Positions 9,217 to 19,741 of a DNA stretch of 53,643 nt are shown here, piece by piece. Origin of the DNA: a virus. Its lineage: Duplodnaviria; Caudoviricetes. The stretch covers positions 1-53,643 of the IMG/VR virus record IMGVR_UViG_3300008267_000515. One strand, given 5' to 3'. Position 1 is the first letter of the stretch. Each line of letters starts with the position of its first letter. The notes under the pieces are model-generated. The model was not told the DNA's origin. It searched no databases and worked only from the letters and a program-made list of their open reading frames with translations. Made by a program: the position numbers and the translations under genes.

Positions 9217-12105
9217 ATGGGCGCAATAAAATTCTTAGAACACGTGCTGGCGCAAGGGCAGAACTACTGCATATTTGCCGTCAAGGGGGGTTCGGGTCAG
9301 AAGCTGATTACACAAAAGTTTTTGGCATCGATACCGGAGATGGACGAGCTCGCGGACACTCTTAATGAAGATGATAACGATGTGTATTTTGCTCTGGCTT
9401 CTTTTGTTGCCCCGGGCAAACGCACCGCAGATAACGCCGAAAAGCTGCGATCATTCTTCCTTGACTTAGACTGCGGCAAGGACAAGGGCGACAAAGGTTT
9501 CCCTACGCAGCAAGCTGCGGTAAAAGCGGTTAGGGTATTCTGCCAAACACACCAGCTTCCAAAACCCACGATGGTTAACTCCGGGCGGGGGCTTCATGTT
9601 TACTGGGCAATGGATGAAGACTTGGAGAAGGACGACTGGCTACCACTGGCAGTGCGCTTCAAGCAGATGTGCCTTAACCACGGACTGAATATAGACCCGG
9701 TCGTCTCGGCCGATTGCGCTAGAGTGCTGCGATACCCGGGCACGCGCAACCACAAGGATAGCCCGCCTAAGAACGTGGCGGTGTTAGCAGACCTAGAACC
9801 AGCGCTGTCGCTGGATAAGTTCAAAGCCATTCTGGATCACTACATCCCAGAAGGCGTGGTGCCACCTAAAAAGGCTCGATCCAACGCAGCAGACCCCATG
9901 ATGGCGTCGCTGATGGGGAACTCCACCAGCCGATTCAAGACCATACTGGAGAAGAGTGCCAAGGGTCGCGGCTGTGCGCAGTTAGCCTACTCGGCCGCAA
10001 ACCAAGAGGACGTGGACGAGCCACTGTGGCGCGCGGCACTGTCCATTGCGGTCAACTGCGTGGACGGTGACAAAGCAATACACGTGGTTTCTAGGCGTCA
10101 CCCAGACTACGACGCCGACGTTACTATCGACAAAGCGAAGAAGACCTCCGGCCCGTATCACTGCACTACGTTTGATGGGCTTAACCCGGGGCTGTGTGGT
10201 AAATGCCCACACAAAGGGAAGATAACATCACCTATTCAGCTTGGCCGGGAGATCATTCGGGCGCAGGAAGAAGACAACGTCGTGTTTGATAGACCGGAAC
10301 AGATGAAGACTGTAGAACTGCAGGCGTACACCATACCCAAATATCCCTCGCCATACTTCAGGGGTAAAAACGGCGGCGTGTATGTCCAATCGGCGGACCG
10401 TGAGGGTGATCCCGTGGAGATGCTCGTGTATGAGCACGATCTCTATGTGCTTCGCCGCACAGACGACCCAGAAGACGGGGCGTCCATTGTCGTGCGTGTG
10501 CACCTGCCATACGACGGCGTAAAAGAATTTACCGTACCGCTTACCGCAGCAACATCGAGAGACGAGCTGCGTAAGTATCTTTCTAAAAACAGCGTAGCCG
10601 TGGCTACCGCAGCGCATTGGGATGCTCTTATGACATACATACTAAAGTGGGAATCAAGCTTAGAAAACACAGCGGCCGCAGACCTGAGCAGAAGGCAATT
10701 CGGCTGGGCTGACGACAACTTCACTTCGTTTACACTGGGTCGCGCTCGCGTGCTTCCAGACCGGGTCGAGCTGAACGCCCCATCAACTAAGACCTCGCAC
10801 CTGTTTCCAATGTTTGAACCGCAGGGGTCGTTGGACGAATGGAAGAAGAACTTGGAGTTCTTCAACAAGCCCGGGTTTGAATCGTACCAGTACATTATCG
10901 GCACCGCATTCGGCTCGGTGCTCACCAAGATGACAGCAATCAAGGGCTCCATATTCCACTTCCATAGCAAGGACTCGGGCTATGGCAAGACAACGGTGCT
11001 GCTGGCAGCGGCCAGTCTGTGGGCAGACCCGGCCAAGTTCGTCAAGTTTGAGCGCGATACATACCACGACAAAATGAATTATGCTGAGACGCTCAAAGAC
11101 CTGCCGCTGTACTGCGACGAGATGACGAACATGCAGCCCAAAGAGGCCAGCGACTTTATCTACCAGATTCCCAGCGGCAAGCAGCGCGGCCGACTGAGCC
11201 AAGGGGCCAACTCCTCCCGCTGGCGCGGAGACCCGTGGAGCTTTATCTGCGTGACTACTGGCAACATGAGCCTTATCTCAAAGGTGAACTCATACAAGGA
11301 CGCACCAAAGGCGGAAGCGCAGCGCGTGCTGGAGTTCTCCCCACAGAAGCAGCAGTTGCCTAAGCAGGATACCGACGAGCTGGCAAAATCCATTGAGCGA
11401 CACTTCGGGCACGCGGCAATACCGTACCTGCAGTACATCATGAATAACTTGGACGAAGTTCAAAAGCTGCTGGTTAGTATTCAACAGACCATCGATACCC
11501 GTGCAGGACTGACCGCAGAGAACCGATTCTGGTCCGCGCAAGCGGCATGTGATATTACAGGTCTACTGATTGCCAAGCGGTTAAAGTTCATAGACTTTGA
11601 TGTCAGGGCGCTGCTGGACTGGGTTGTCGACTACCTGCGAGATTACAAGCGAGAGGACACCAGCACGCACAATCAAGACGCGACGCAGGTTGTCAGCGAC
11701 TACTTCTACGCCAATGTTAACGATTTCCTGCGCATTCGTAACTCAGGTGAAGGCAGGCTCGATGCCAGCGGTCGACCGGATGTACTAGACCACCTAGTGG
11801 TCCCCGAAGCGATGCCGAGAAACGCGATGCTAGGTCGATTGGAGACGGACACCAACACACTGTTCCTTATGCCGAAACCGTTCAGATCATGGTGCGCGGA
11901 GCGCCAGCTAGACTTTACCGAGATTGTCAAAGAACTGCGCACCTTGCCGTGTGGCGCCAAGACCGTCTCAAAGCGTATGGGTAAGGGCACCAAGCTGAAC
12001 CTGCCGCCGGTAAGTGTGCTTAGGCTTAAAGGAGCGACGTGGATGAGCGACACGGGGACCGACGATGAAGTCATCAGTGATAACAAGAAAGCCGAGGAAG
12101 AATGA
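9217..12105 (+). CDS. primase-helicase (RepB-like AEP primase + DUF927-type helicase)
   Basis: FFLDLD, SGRGLHVYW and RVLRYPGT primase motifs; Cys cluster; P-loop SGYGKTT; YCDE Walker B. Confidence 0.85.
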   Translation: MGAIKFLEHVLAQGQNYCIFAVKGGSGQKLITQKFLASIPEMDELADTLNEDDNDVYFALASFVAPGKRTADNAEKLRSFFLDLDCGKDKGDKGFPTQQAAVKAVRVFCQTHQLPKPTMVNSGRGLHVYWAMDEDLEKDDWLPLAVRFKQMCLNHGLNIDPVVSADCARVLRYPGTRNHKDSPPKNVAVLADLEPALSLDKFKAILDHYIPEGVVPPKKARSNAADPMMASLMGNSTSRFKTILEKSAKGRGCAQLAYSAANQEDVDEPLWRAALSIAVNCVDGDKAIHVVSRRHPDYDADVTIDKAKKTSGPYHCTTFDGLNPGLCGKCPHKGKITSPIQLGREIIRAQEEDNVVFDRPEQMKTVELQAYTIPKYPSPYFRGKNGGVYVQSADREGDPVEMLVYEHDLYVLRRTDDPEDGASIVVRVHLPYDGVKEFTVPLTAATSRDELRKYLSKNSVAVATAAHWDALMTYILKWESSLENTAAADLSRRQFGWADDNFTSFTLGRARVLPDRVELNAPSTKTSHLFPMFEPQGSLDEWKKNLEFFNKPGFESYQYIIGTAFGSVLTKMTAIKGSIFHFHSKDSGYGKTTVLLAAASLWADPAKFVKFERDTYHDKMNYAETLKDLPLYCDEMTNMQPKEASDFIYQIPSGKQRGRLSQGANSSRWRGDPWSFICVTTGNMSLISKVNSYKDAPKAEAQRVLEFSPQKQQLPKQDTDELAKSIERHFGHAAIPYLQYIMNNLDEVQKLLVSIQQTIDTRAGLTAENRFWSAQAACDITGLLIAKRLKFIDFDVRALLDWVVDYLRDYKREDTSTHNQDATQVVSDYFYANVNDFLRIRNSGEGRLDASGRPDVLDHLVVPEAMPRNAMLGRLETDTNTLFLMPKPFRSWCAERQLDFTEIVKELRTLPCGAKTVSKRMGKGTKLNLPPVSVLRLKGATWMSDTGTDDEVISDNKKAEEE

Positions 12106-12121
12106 TAGCCGAGGGGTGGCC

Positions 12122-12325
12122 ATGGATTTGGCCCCCGACGGTTTGCGCATGGTGGTGAACTGGAAGACCTTTGATCCCGGGTCTTCTGTGTTCGTCCCCT
12201 GCCTCGATATGGTGGAAGCGGTGTCTCAGTTCTATGAGATCGCACGGCGCAAGGGCTGGCTGTGCGACCACCGGTACCGGGTAGAAAATAAACTGCAGGG
12301 GGTTCGTTTCTGGCGACTGGCCTAA
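12122..12325 (+). CDS. hypothetical protein
   Basis: GAGGGG RBS then ATG; W…GSSVFVPC…GVRFWR; last gene of the + arm. Confidence 0.65.
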   Translation: MDLAPDGLRMVVNWKTFDPGSSVFVPCLDMVEAVSQFYEIARRKGWLCDHRYRVENKLQGVRFWRLA

Positions 12326-12363
12326 TGCACTCCCTGCACCCGCTTATCAGCCGAGGGTTATTT

Positions 12364-15300
12364 TTACTCCGGGAAATCAACTCCCCAATCGTCCGCAGCT
12401 TCCTGCCACTCCGCACGACGAGACTCTCTTGGTAGCGTTCCCCCCATCATAGCCGCGCTGTTTCTGGCCCGAGTCCGCATCGACTGTTGGAAGTCTTCGT
12501 TTTCTATAGCTTCCTCCGGGTACTGCCGACTAAACTCAATCATCTTCTGCATGACTTGGGCAAGCCCAGCAGAGTCTCCCATTCTGAAAGCTGTGTACGC
12601 GGCCGCGTATAGGTTTGATTTGCGCTCCCCAATGCGGCGATCAACGCCCGCTTGAACGCTCTTAAACTCCATCGTGCGAGCGTAGTCGGCTGGGGTGAAC
12701 CCCATAAACTGCGAGACCACCGTAATGGGAGAGATTTCAACGACATCGTCCCCGCGCAGGGTTTCTATAGCGCCATCTGTGGCAAACCGTATCGACTTGA
12801 GCACGTTGCTCATCGTAACCGGAACCATGCTTTCTATCCCGCGCAGGATTTCCCCCTGTTCAATCAATGCTTTTCCTCTCATGCCGCGTTCAAATGACCC
12901 AAACGCAGGGCCTCCGAAGTGGGCTGCCATGGTTTCTGCAAAACTTGCGTCGTCGGGGAGGTTGGTGTCGCGTACCAACAAGTCTGTCAGGGACCCACGC
13001 TCTGACACGTTCATGTTCAACAGCGTGTTTGGCAACCCCTCATACACCAGCGGGTCTAGGTTAGCGCGCAGCATGTTTTGAATAAACTTCTCTTCCTCTT
13101 CGTCGTCAACAAAAGGCGCGGCGAGCACGTTGAGCAGAAGTGCTACAGGCCCAAACAACGGCATCCCTTGCACACCTACTATCGCACCAGATGTCAGAAG
13201 CACGGTCGAACCGAACTTACGGGCCGCCGCTTTTACTACAATGTTATCGTTCATGGTGGCGTCATATAGCGTCTTCACCTGCACATACATCTGACGGAAC
13301 GCAAAAGAACGGTACATAAACGCAACACGCCAGAAGTTGTCTCTCTGGAATCCGGGTCCAGTAACTGGAGTGGAGCCGCCGTTGAGCAGTCTGCTCATTT
13401 CCATGGCGTCGGTCGCTGCCTTTTCCATTTGCTCTTGAGTGGCGCGGTTGGGGTCGCCGTTATTGGTTACCTCTGCCAGCGCAAGATCGTAGTAGGCTTT
13501 TAACCCTGTTTCTCGCTTGTAGCGCTCACTGGTGCTCATCATGAACCCCATACGCGCTGACAGTTTTGACAACAGGTTCCCCTCACCAAACTCGGCACGT
13601 TCTTCCAAGTCAGAGAATCTTTCCGAGTGACCGTGGTCTTGCACTTTTTTTACAAGCGCTCTGAGGTACCCGTACTTCTTTGCTTGCTCGGGATTGTTGA
13701 AATCAATGTTCAGCATAGACGGCATCACTCGGCGCCGCGTCACATCTCGCTCATTGATGCCCGCGGTGGCCATCGCTTCTTGCAACGCCGCACCGTCCAA
13801 TCCTTGAGTAACCATGGTCTCTACGTCGGCAGTGGTGCCCATACCCAAAATATCACGGCCCGCTTTTACCAGCGCTGCATGTGCCTTTCTACGGCTCTTG
13901 AATCGGCCGGACAAGTATCCCCCCGTTACCATCAAGGACAGCATGTCCACCACCGCAGAAGACACGTTGAACCCCAACGTCCACCCATAGGTACCGGTTG
14001 TCAGCACATTTGAAATCATGTTTTGATTGGGGTTTGCCGCGTAGGCTGCTCGGTTGCGAACTTCGGCAATCAATAACTTAACAGTGGGATCGATTTTGAC
14101 GTTGCTGCGCGTGGCCTCCATGTCTCTAACTTCTTTTGACATCTGCGCGCTGTACTTCATGTTAACAAGTTTGCGCTGCAGGCCGACAACACTTTCTTGG
14201 AACGCAGCAAACGCATCCAGTGTGTAGCCCGGGGTTTCTTTCCGGGCAGCCAAACGCTCCATCACTACTTGAGCAGGGGACACGGATATACCCAGCTCCA
14301 TGACAGCCGCTAGTACATCAGCGCTCGCGCCGTTGTTTTTAAGGGTCTGCACAAGATCGCCCATGAAGCTGGTTGGAACGATGCCGTCAAACACATCTGT
14401 CTCCCCGTGCAAGAACGGTGTCATGGCGTCTTTGCTAACGCCATCTTCGGTCAACAACTGCTGCTGTCTAGCTTTCCAATCAGCTGAGTTTTCAAACGTC
14501 TCAAAGTATTGCTGATCGGAACCCGGTAGGAAGTACTTAATCCGGTATTCCCCGTTGCTACGAGTCAGCGCCGCGTAGCCCTCAAGTCCGCGCAGTTTCA
14601 TCTGCTCGGTGAACTTATTCTTGATAGTTGTAGCGAGGTCCGCGTTTTGCGTCTCTGAGTACACACGGTCGTAAACCTGCTGCGTTATACCGTTGAACAC
14701 TCTGTTGTAGATAGCGCGCATCTGTCGGTAGATCGCCGCGCCGCCTGACGGCTCTAGTTTTTTGAGCACTTTTTCAAGACGCTCGTACTCTTTAAGTTGC
14801 GCAGGGTTCCCGGCGTACGTGCTTTTAGGCTTGGTAAGATCAACTTTGCCGAGTGTGCCGCCGTACACCAACGCGTTCATGTCTTCGTATAGGTCCGGGT
14901 TAGCCTTGCGCCAATCACCCATGCGAGCAAGCTGCGCAGTGATACCGTCAATAAACTGCCGCATCTCCCCTTCTAACTTGTCAGCAATCTGCGTAAACCG
15001 ACCGAAGGACGCCGCAAACGGCGCATAGTCCGGCCCCTTTTTCTTCACGTATGACTGCACGTAGTCATTTATTTGATCCAGCCCGAGCCCCCATACCATT
15101 GCCCGAGTGACAGCTTCCTGTCCTTTATCAAACAGAGCGGCAACGGCACGTTTGAATTTCGGGGCTTTTACCGGAGTAGACGCCCTAATCAACTGCTGAC
15201 CTTGCACGTTCAGGAAGCGCACGTTGGCCGCAGGGGACTGGTCGGTGAGAGCCTGTTCGGCTGCCTTCTGAGTTCGTGTGATGTTTTCAGCGGCGCCCAT

Positions 15301-16209
15301 ACGTTTTGTCAGGTCAAGGAGTTCCTCTACCGTGCCGGATTCAGACGCCGGTAGGCCAACAACACGGCGTATGGCGTCAACAAATCGACCCCACCAGTTT
15401 TGCCGTTTGAGAAGGCTTTGGAACTTTGGATTTGTTATACCTTCGGCAACAAACTCATAGGGGTTTTCAAAACCGTACGCATCAGACTCCGGGTGCTGCG
15501 CCTTGTACTGTTCAAACAACCGCACTACCCGCGCGCCTTCAGGGGTGCCCCGGGCAATAGCGTTGACTGTCATGGGGTGCACAAACTCGTGCACAAAAGT
15601 CTGTGCAACCGAATCGGCTCGCGGGTCCAGATAGATCGCTTCGTCCCCCTTGGACGGGTGCACGTACTCCCCCACGATGCTTGGATCGTCGTATCGTTGC
15701 TCAATAACTGGGACTGCGATGTTTGGTGCAACACGCAGCATAGACCGCGCAATATTGCGCAAAGGCTGAGGTACGTCTTTGTCCTGTGTGATGGCCCGCA
15801 GTATCTGCGCCGGTGTCGTTTTCTTCTCCACCATCTGCATGATGCGTTGGTTGGCTGGAATGTTGGCAGCTTCTTCGCGCTTGGGTTGGACGGCGTTGAA
15901 CTTGTTGGGTAGCGCAATCTCGCTGCGCCTTACGCTGCGGGCGTAATCGTTGTAGATGGTAACCTGTTCGGGCAACGAGAACTGCGCAATCGCCCCCCTC
16001 ACATCAGCGGGGAGAGCTTTCCCTGTGGTATCTTGAAACACTTGCGCAAGTTGAGTTTGATCCGCGTTGTTAATCGCACGAGTAAGTTTCGTTCTAAACG
16101 CTTGCTCTTCTTTTGCCACCGGCGTAATTGGCTCAACGGCGGGCTCCACAACGGGTTCCACAACGGGCTCCACAACGGGCTCCACAACGGGCTCCACAAC
16201 GGGCTCCAC
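12364..16209 (-). CDS. C-terminal part of a giant internal virion/ejection protein with a zincin metallopeptidase-like domain
   Basis: 1281-aa ORF with FVHEFVH (HExxH) and NPYEFVAE; begins inside the EPVV repeat and continues the upstream ORF across a 1-bp frameshift. Confidence 0.75.
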   Translation of the reverse strand: MEPVVEPVVEPVVEPVVEPVVEPAVEPITPVAKEEQAFRTKLTRAINNADQTQLAQVFQDTTGKALPADVRGAIAQFSLPEQVTIYNDYARSVRRSEIALPNKFNAVQPKREEAANIPANQRIMQMVEKKTTPAQILRAITQDKDVPQPLRNIARSMLRVAPNIAVPVIEQRYDDPSIVGEYVHPSKGDEAIYLDPRADSVAQTFVHEFVHPMTVNAIARGTPEGARVVRLFEQYKAQHPESDAYGFENPYEFVAEGITNPKFQSLLKRQNWWGRFVDAIRRVVGLPASESGTVEELLDLTKRMGAAENITRTQKAAEQALTDQSPAANVRFLNVQGQQLIRASTPVKAPKFKRAVAALFDKGQEAVTRAMVWGLGLDQINDYVQSYVKKKGPDYAPFAASFGRFTQIADKLEGEMRQFIDGITAQLARMGDWRKANPDLYEDMNALVYGGTLGKVDLTKPKSTYAGNPAQLKEYERLEKVLKKLEPSGGAAIYRQMRAIYNRVFNGITQQVYDRVYSETQNADLATTIKNKFTEQMKLRGLEGYAALTRSNGEYRIKYFLPGSDQQYFETFENSADWKARQQQLLTEDGVSKDAMTPFLHGETDVFDGIVPTSFMGDLVQTLKNNGASADVLAAVMELGISVSPAQVVMERLAARKETPGYTLDAFAAFQESVVGLQRKLVNMKYSAQMSKEVRDMEATRSNVKIDPTVKLLIAEVRNRAAYAANPNQNMISNVLTTGTYGWTLGFNVSSAVVDMLSLMVTGGYLSGRFKSRRKAHAALVKAGRDILGMGTTADVETMVTQGLDGAALQEAMATAGINERDVTRRRVMPSMLNIDFNNPEQAKKYGYLRALVKKVQDHGHSERFSDLEERAEFGEGNLLSKLSARMGFMMSTSERYKRETGLKAYYDLALAEVTNNGDPNRATQEQMEKAATDAMEMSRLLNGGSTPVTGPGFQRDNFWRVAFMYRSFAFRQMYVQVKTLYDATMNDNIVVKAAARKFGSTVLLTSGAIVGVQGMPLFGPVALLLNVLAAPFVDDEEEEKFIQNMLRANLDPLVYEGLPNTLLNMNVSERGSLTDLLVRDTNLPDDASFAETMAAHFGGPAFGSFERGMRGKALIEQGEILRGIESMVPVTMSNVLKSIRFATDGAIETLRGDDVVEISPITVVSQFMGFTPADYARTMEFKSVQAGVDRRIGERKSNLYAAAYTAFRMGDSAGLAQVMQKMIEFSRQYPEEAIENEDFQQSMRTRARNSAAMMGGTLPRESRRAEWQEAADDWGVDFPE

Positions 16210-17366
16210 AAGGGCTCCACAACGGGCTCCACAACGGGCTCCACAACGGGCTCCACAACGGGCTCCACAACGGGCTCCACAACGGGCTCAGCCGCGACCG
16301 GCGCCTGTTCTTCTACTGCTGGCGGTGCTTGTTCCGCCTCTTGGCGTGCAATCTGTGCCCGTGCCGCACCGGGGTCAAACGCAGAAGTTGTGCCGCGAAT
16401 ACCACCACCGACCAATCCTCCAAGGTATGCAGTTTCACCGTATTCAGCAAGTGCATCATCAGAGAGCACATCAAGCCCTGCCTGCGCCCGCTCCATAATG
16501 GACTGCGCAACTTCCACCGGCATTTCGGTAGCTGCGCCGCGTACAACACCTCGTCCGGCTGCGCCAAGACGGGTCTGCTGCGCTGTTCTAACCAGCGCTT
16601 GTTGTGCTTGAGTAGTGGCCAGTGCGGCGTCATCAGTGATACCAAGTAGACCTTTAACCAGACGTTTGCCTAGTAGCAGACCTGTACCAACGCCTTCAAC
16701 TGCAGATTGTCCAGCTGCAGCCAGCAGCGCGTTACTCATATCAATGTCAACATCTTCCCCGCGCTCTAACTGCGTGGTTGCTTGACGCTCGACGTTGGAA
16801 CCCAACAACATCGGCAGGATAGAAGCTGTGGCGCCAAGACCGCCGCCTATGAGTTTTGCAACTGGAGTTGGGGGTGCTAACATCGCACCGGTTTTTGCTC
16901 CAGCCATCACTGTGCCAACATTAGCCGCTTGGCTTGCCAGTGCTCTTGGGATTTGCCCAACAAGTTCACCTACCGCAGACAAAAACCCTTCATCTTCATA
17001 GGTTTGGCTAAGCCCGGCTAAAGACGGCGCAACGCCATAGTCTTCGCTGATTGCTTGGCTTCGCTCAAGCCCTTGGGCAGCCGCTTCTTCCGGGTTAAGC
17101 AGTGACGCAATGCCTGTGCGCGTACCGGAGCCTATCTGCCTAAAGCCCCGTTTAAACTCCTCACCTACCGTCGAGTCGCGTGTTGGGGCCTTGTATTGGG
17201 CTTGGCTGGTCAAAAGTTCTTCCAGCCGAGATGTCCGCGCACCGCTGGTTTGTTGCGGCACGCTTTGGAGTTTACGTACTATACCGGCAAGGCGAGTCGC
17301 TGCCTCCACATCTCCTGCGTTATGCGCGTTGCGCAGCGCTTGCATCGCTTGCTGTAAGTCTGCCAT
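15999..17366 (-). CDS. N-terminal part of the giant internal virion protein (frameshifted at about 16211)
   Basis: Ala/Gly-rich helical ORF; the repeat reads EPVV and then switches to out-of-frame SPLW. Confidence 0.7.
   Translation of the reverse strand: MADLQQAMQALRNAHNAGDVEAATRLAGIVRKLQSVPQQTSGARTSRLEELLTSQAQYKAPTRDSTVGEEFKRGFRQIGSGTRTGIASLLNPEEAAAQGLERSQAISEDYGVAPSLAGLSQTYEDEGFLSAVGELVGQIPRALASQAANVGTVMAGAKTGAMLAPPTPVAKLIGGGLGATASILPMLLGSNVERQATTQLERGEDVDIDMSNALLAAAGQSAVEGVGTGLLLGKRLVKGLLGITDDAALATTQAQQALVRTAQQTRLGAAGRGVVRGAATEMPVEVAQSIMERAQAGLDVLSDDALAEYGETAYLGGLVGGGIRGTTSAFDPGAARAQIARQEAEQAPPAVEEQAPVAAEPVVEPVVEPVVEPVVEPVVEPVVEPLWSPLWSPLWSPLWSPLWNPLWSPPLSQLRRWQKKSKRLERNLLVRLTTRIKLNLRKCFKIPQGKLSPLM
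16141..16289. repeat. 12-bp tandem repeat (GGGCTCCACAAC)x12 encoding EPVV, with one 11-bp unit
   Basis: Units counted from 16141; the sixth unit (16201-16211) lacks the terminal C. Confidence 0.92.
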
Positions 17367-17371
17367 TTTAC

Positions 17372-19741
17372 TTACCTATTGAGGTATTCGGTTACAAGCG
17401 CTTCGTCTCCCGGGGCTAACCCAGCTGCCCCCGCTTGCGCTGAGCCGTACTGCGTATCATCGTACATTCCCAGTATTCGCGCCCGTGCGGCAAGCAACTG
17501 TTGCATCAGTGATGCACGTTCAGCCACCGCGTCGCTGAGATCACTGCTAAATAATCCGTCTTTCAGATTTGGTATTTGTGAATCCAGCACCTGTATACTC
17601 TGCCGCAACATAGCTGTTTCCTCGTTGACCGCCGCATCAACCGCCTCTTGCTGGCGTTGATTTAACTGGTCGTAGCGGTACTGTAACATTTCGGAGGCAG
17701 CGAGTTGTTGCTGCGCAAGTTGATCCCGTCTAAGCGTATCCTGCAGATTAATGTTCCGTTCTTCGAGATTAAACCCACGTTCCTCCGCCGCCGCTCTGCT
17801 TTGGCGCTCTTGCTCGGCAATCGCCTCCTGCTCCATCCGCAGTTTTTCTTCGGCTGAGCCCGCCGCGTAACCTCCCAGTCCCTGAGCACCCAGTCCCCGT
17901 AGCCCTGCCAGCATACGGTCGTAGCGGTCATCTGAAGTGCCTGCGCTAGTGGGGCGTTCCGCTTGTGCTTTTTCAGGACGGAACTGACCGCGGAAGTACT
18001 GCTCCGGTGTGGCGTTCGGGCCCATTTCACTAGATGCAGGTTGACTTAGCAGCGTCTCAACAGCGTCCTGCGTAGCGGCAACGGGAGCTGCAGCGTTAGC
18101 GGTAGTAGGCGCAGAAGTGGACGCAGCGTCAACCGGAGCATCAGGCGGCAGCCCTTGCGCCACACGCACACCTTCCGCAGCTTGTTGTTGCGCAGCATTT
18201 ACACCTTCCGCAACTTGTTGCGTTGCCATTTGCACACCCGCCCCAATGTCTTGACCGACATCAGAATAAACTTTACCGGTGTCGATTCCCATGGCAGTGA
18301 GGTACGCTGCAATTTTAAACGCTAGCGGGCTGTTGTTAGCTTTAGCGTAGTCCACCACACGTTGAAGACTTGAATCGTCGTTTATTTCAACACCTAAACC
18401 GCCAAGATAGGTTTTAAGCCTTTCAAACGGCGGAATTGCAGGCCCCCCAAAGGCTTCCGCGTAATTGGGGTTAACCCCGGAACGCCGCATGTCGACGAGA
18501 CGTTGGTCTTCGCTGCCCGCGCCCATCGTGTACTGCCCCTCTCGACTGGACGCCGCACTCGGTGCGATTGACATCGCGTCAGTTATAAAACGCTTAGCGC
18601 CTCCAACGGCGTCACTGATTGAACTGGCTATGCCTTGCCCCATGCCAGCAAGCGTGCTGTCCTGACCTGTGCGGTCTCCTGCGCCGTAAGTAGACGAGGG
18701 CACGTTCCTCTCCGGTGCAGGGCGCGGCAAAGACGCTATCCCAGACCCATACTGCCCTTGTCGGGAGTCGCTACCATCGCCCTTCATTAAGTCCGCCGCT
18801 GCGCCCACAACGGCACGGCCCGGAGCTGTTGCCGCGCGCATTATACCCTCAGCAGGTGCCGTAAAATCTGGAGTGATGGCACGTAGTGGTGCCGTAAAGT
18901 CAGGTATCAAATTGCGGGACAACGTCCGGTCGGCTTCGACTGCGGCTTCTTCTGGGGGCATACCCACTGCAATTAACTTGCGGATCAGTGCCATGCGCGG
19001 GGTTTCATCTTCGACTTCGCCTCCGCCGCCTTTAGCAAAAGCAACAATGCCACCACCGGCCATACCGCTTTGTTGACTCATTTTCATGTGGGCTTCGGAC
19101 ACGATATCGGGGCTGTACGTCTGCTGCATTTCTTGCAGGCGTTGGTTAATAACAGCTTTCTGCTGTGGGTCTGTGGCAGCCTCCATGCTTGAGCGCAGAT
19201 TTGTGTAGTTGTATATGTACCGCGCTACGTCATCAGACACCGCTGCTTGTGCCCCTACGTTGGGCTGCCCCATCGGAACAGGTCGTGGAACCACTTTTGT
19301 GGAGGTAGGCGCGCCACCGTCCGCAAAAGCAACAATGCCACCACCAGCCATACCAGCCATATTAGGAGCTGGGAGCTGAGGTAACCCGCCCCCCTGTATG
19401 GCCTGCTGCGCTTGTTGCGCCGCCATCTGACCGCCACGCTGCTGTACCCCGGGAGACAGGCGCTGCGCCAACCCGGCAATACCCTGCTCGGCTGCAAGCT
19501 TAGTGCGCTCAGCAACGGTAGGGGCGGTAGGGGCAGGCTGCGCCGAGGCCATCATCTGGTCAGCCGCTTGCATCGCTTGAAGCGCGTCTTTGTACTTCAA
19601 CATCGCCAGCGTGCGTGGGTCCAGTATCTGCTCTTCGGCATCACTGGTTACCACGTCCATCGCAGCGGCAAGTCTGGGGTTATTCATTTGCGGCGCGGGC
19701 TGGCTTTGCATCAGCGCTTCTAAACCTTGGGGTTGCATCAC
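17372..19741 (-). CDS. putative internal virion/ejection protein
   Basis: 789 aa, Ala/Gln/Gly-rich; two MAGGGIVAFA repeats; C-terminal coiled coil; position in the cluster. Confidence 0.7.
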   Translation of the reverse strand: MMQPQGLEALMQSQPAPQMNNPRLAAAMDVVTSDAEEQILDPRTLAMLKYKDALQAMQAADQMMASAQPAPTAPTVAERTKLAAEQGIAGLAQRLSPGVQQRGGQMAAQQAQQAIQGGGLPQLPAPNMAGMAGGGIVAFADGGAPTSTKVVPRPVPMGQPNVGAQAAVSDDVARYIYNYTNLRSSMEAATDPQQKAVINQRLQEMQQTYSPDIVSEAHMKMSQQSGMAGGGIVAFAKGGGGEVEDETPRMALIRKLIAVGMPPEEAAVEADRTLSRNLIPDFTAPLRAITPDFTAPAEGIMRAATAPGRAVVGAAADLMKGDGSDSRQGQYGSGIASLPRPAPERNVPSSTYGAGDRTGQDSTLAGMGQGIASSISDAVGGAKRFITDAMSIAPSAASSREGQYTMGAGSEDQRLVDMRRSGVNPNYAEAFGGPAIPPFERLKTYLGGLGVEINDDSSLQRVVDYAKANNSPLAFKIAAYLTAMGIDTGKVYSDVGQDIGAGVQMATQQVAEGVNAAQQQAAEGVRVAQGLPPDAPVDAASTSAPTTANAAAPVAATQDAVETLLSQPASSEMGPNATPEQYFRGQFRPEKAQAERPTSAGTSDDRYDRMLAGLRGLGAQGLGGYAAGSAEEKLRMEQEAIAEQERQSRAAAEERGFNLEERNINLQDTLRRDQLAQQQLAASEMLQYRYDQLNQRQQEAVDAAVNEETAMLRQSIQVLDSQIPNLKDGLFSSDLSDAVAERASLMQQLLAARARILGMYDDTQYGSAQAGAAGLAPGDEALVTEYLNR

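Noticed and set aside
12326-12363. Bidirectional terminator at the convergence of the two arms
   Set aside because: Only a weak, interrupted stem precedes the T-run, which is not enough to call.
16033-16649. + strand ORFs with GLHN, GSTT or APQR repeats
   Set aside because: They are antisense readings of the 12-bp repeat in the minus-strand gene.
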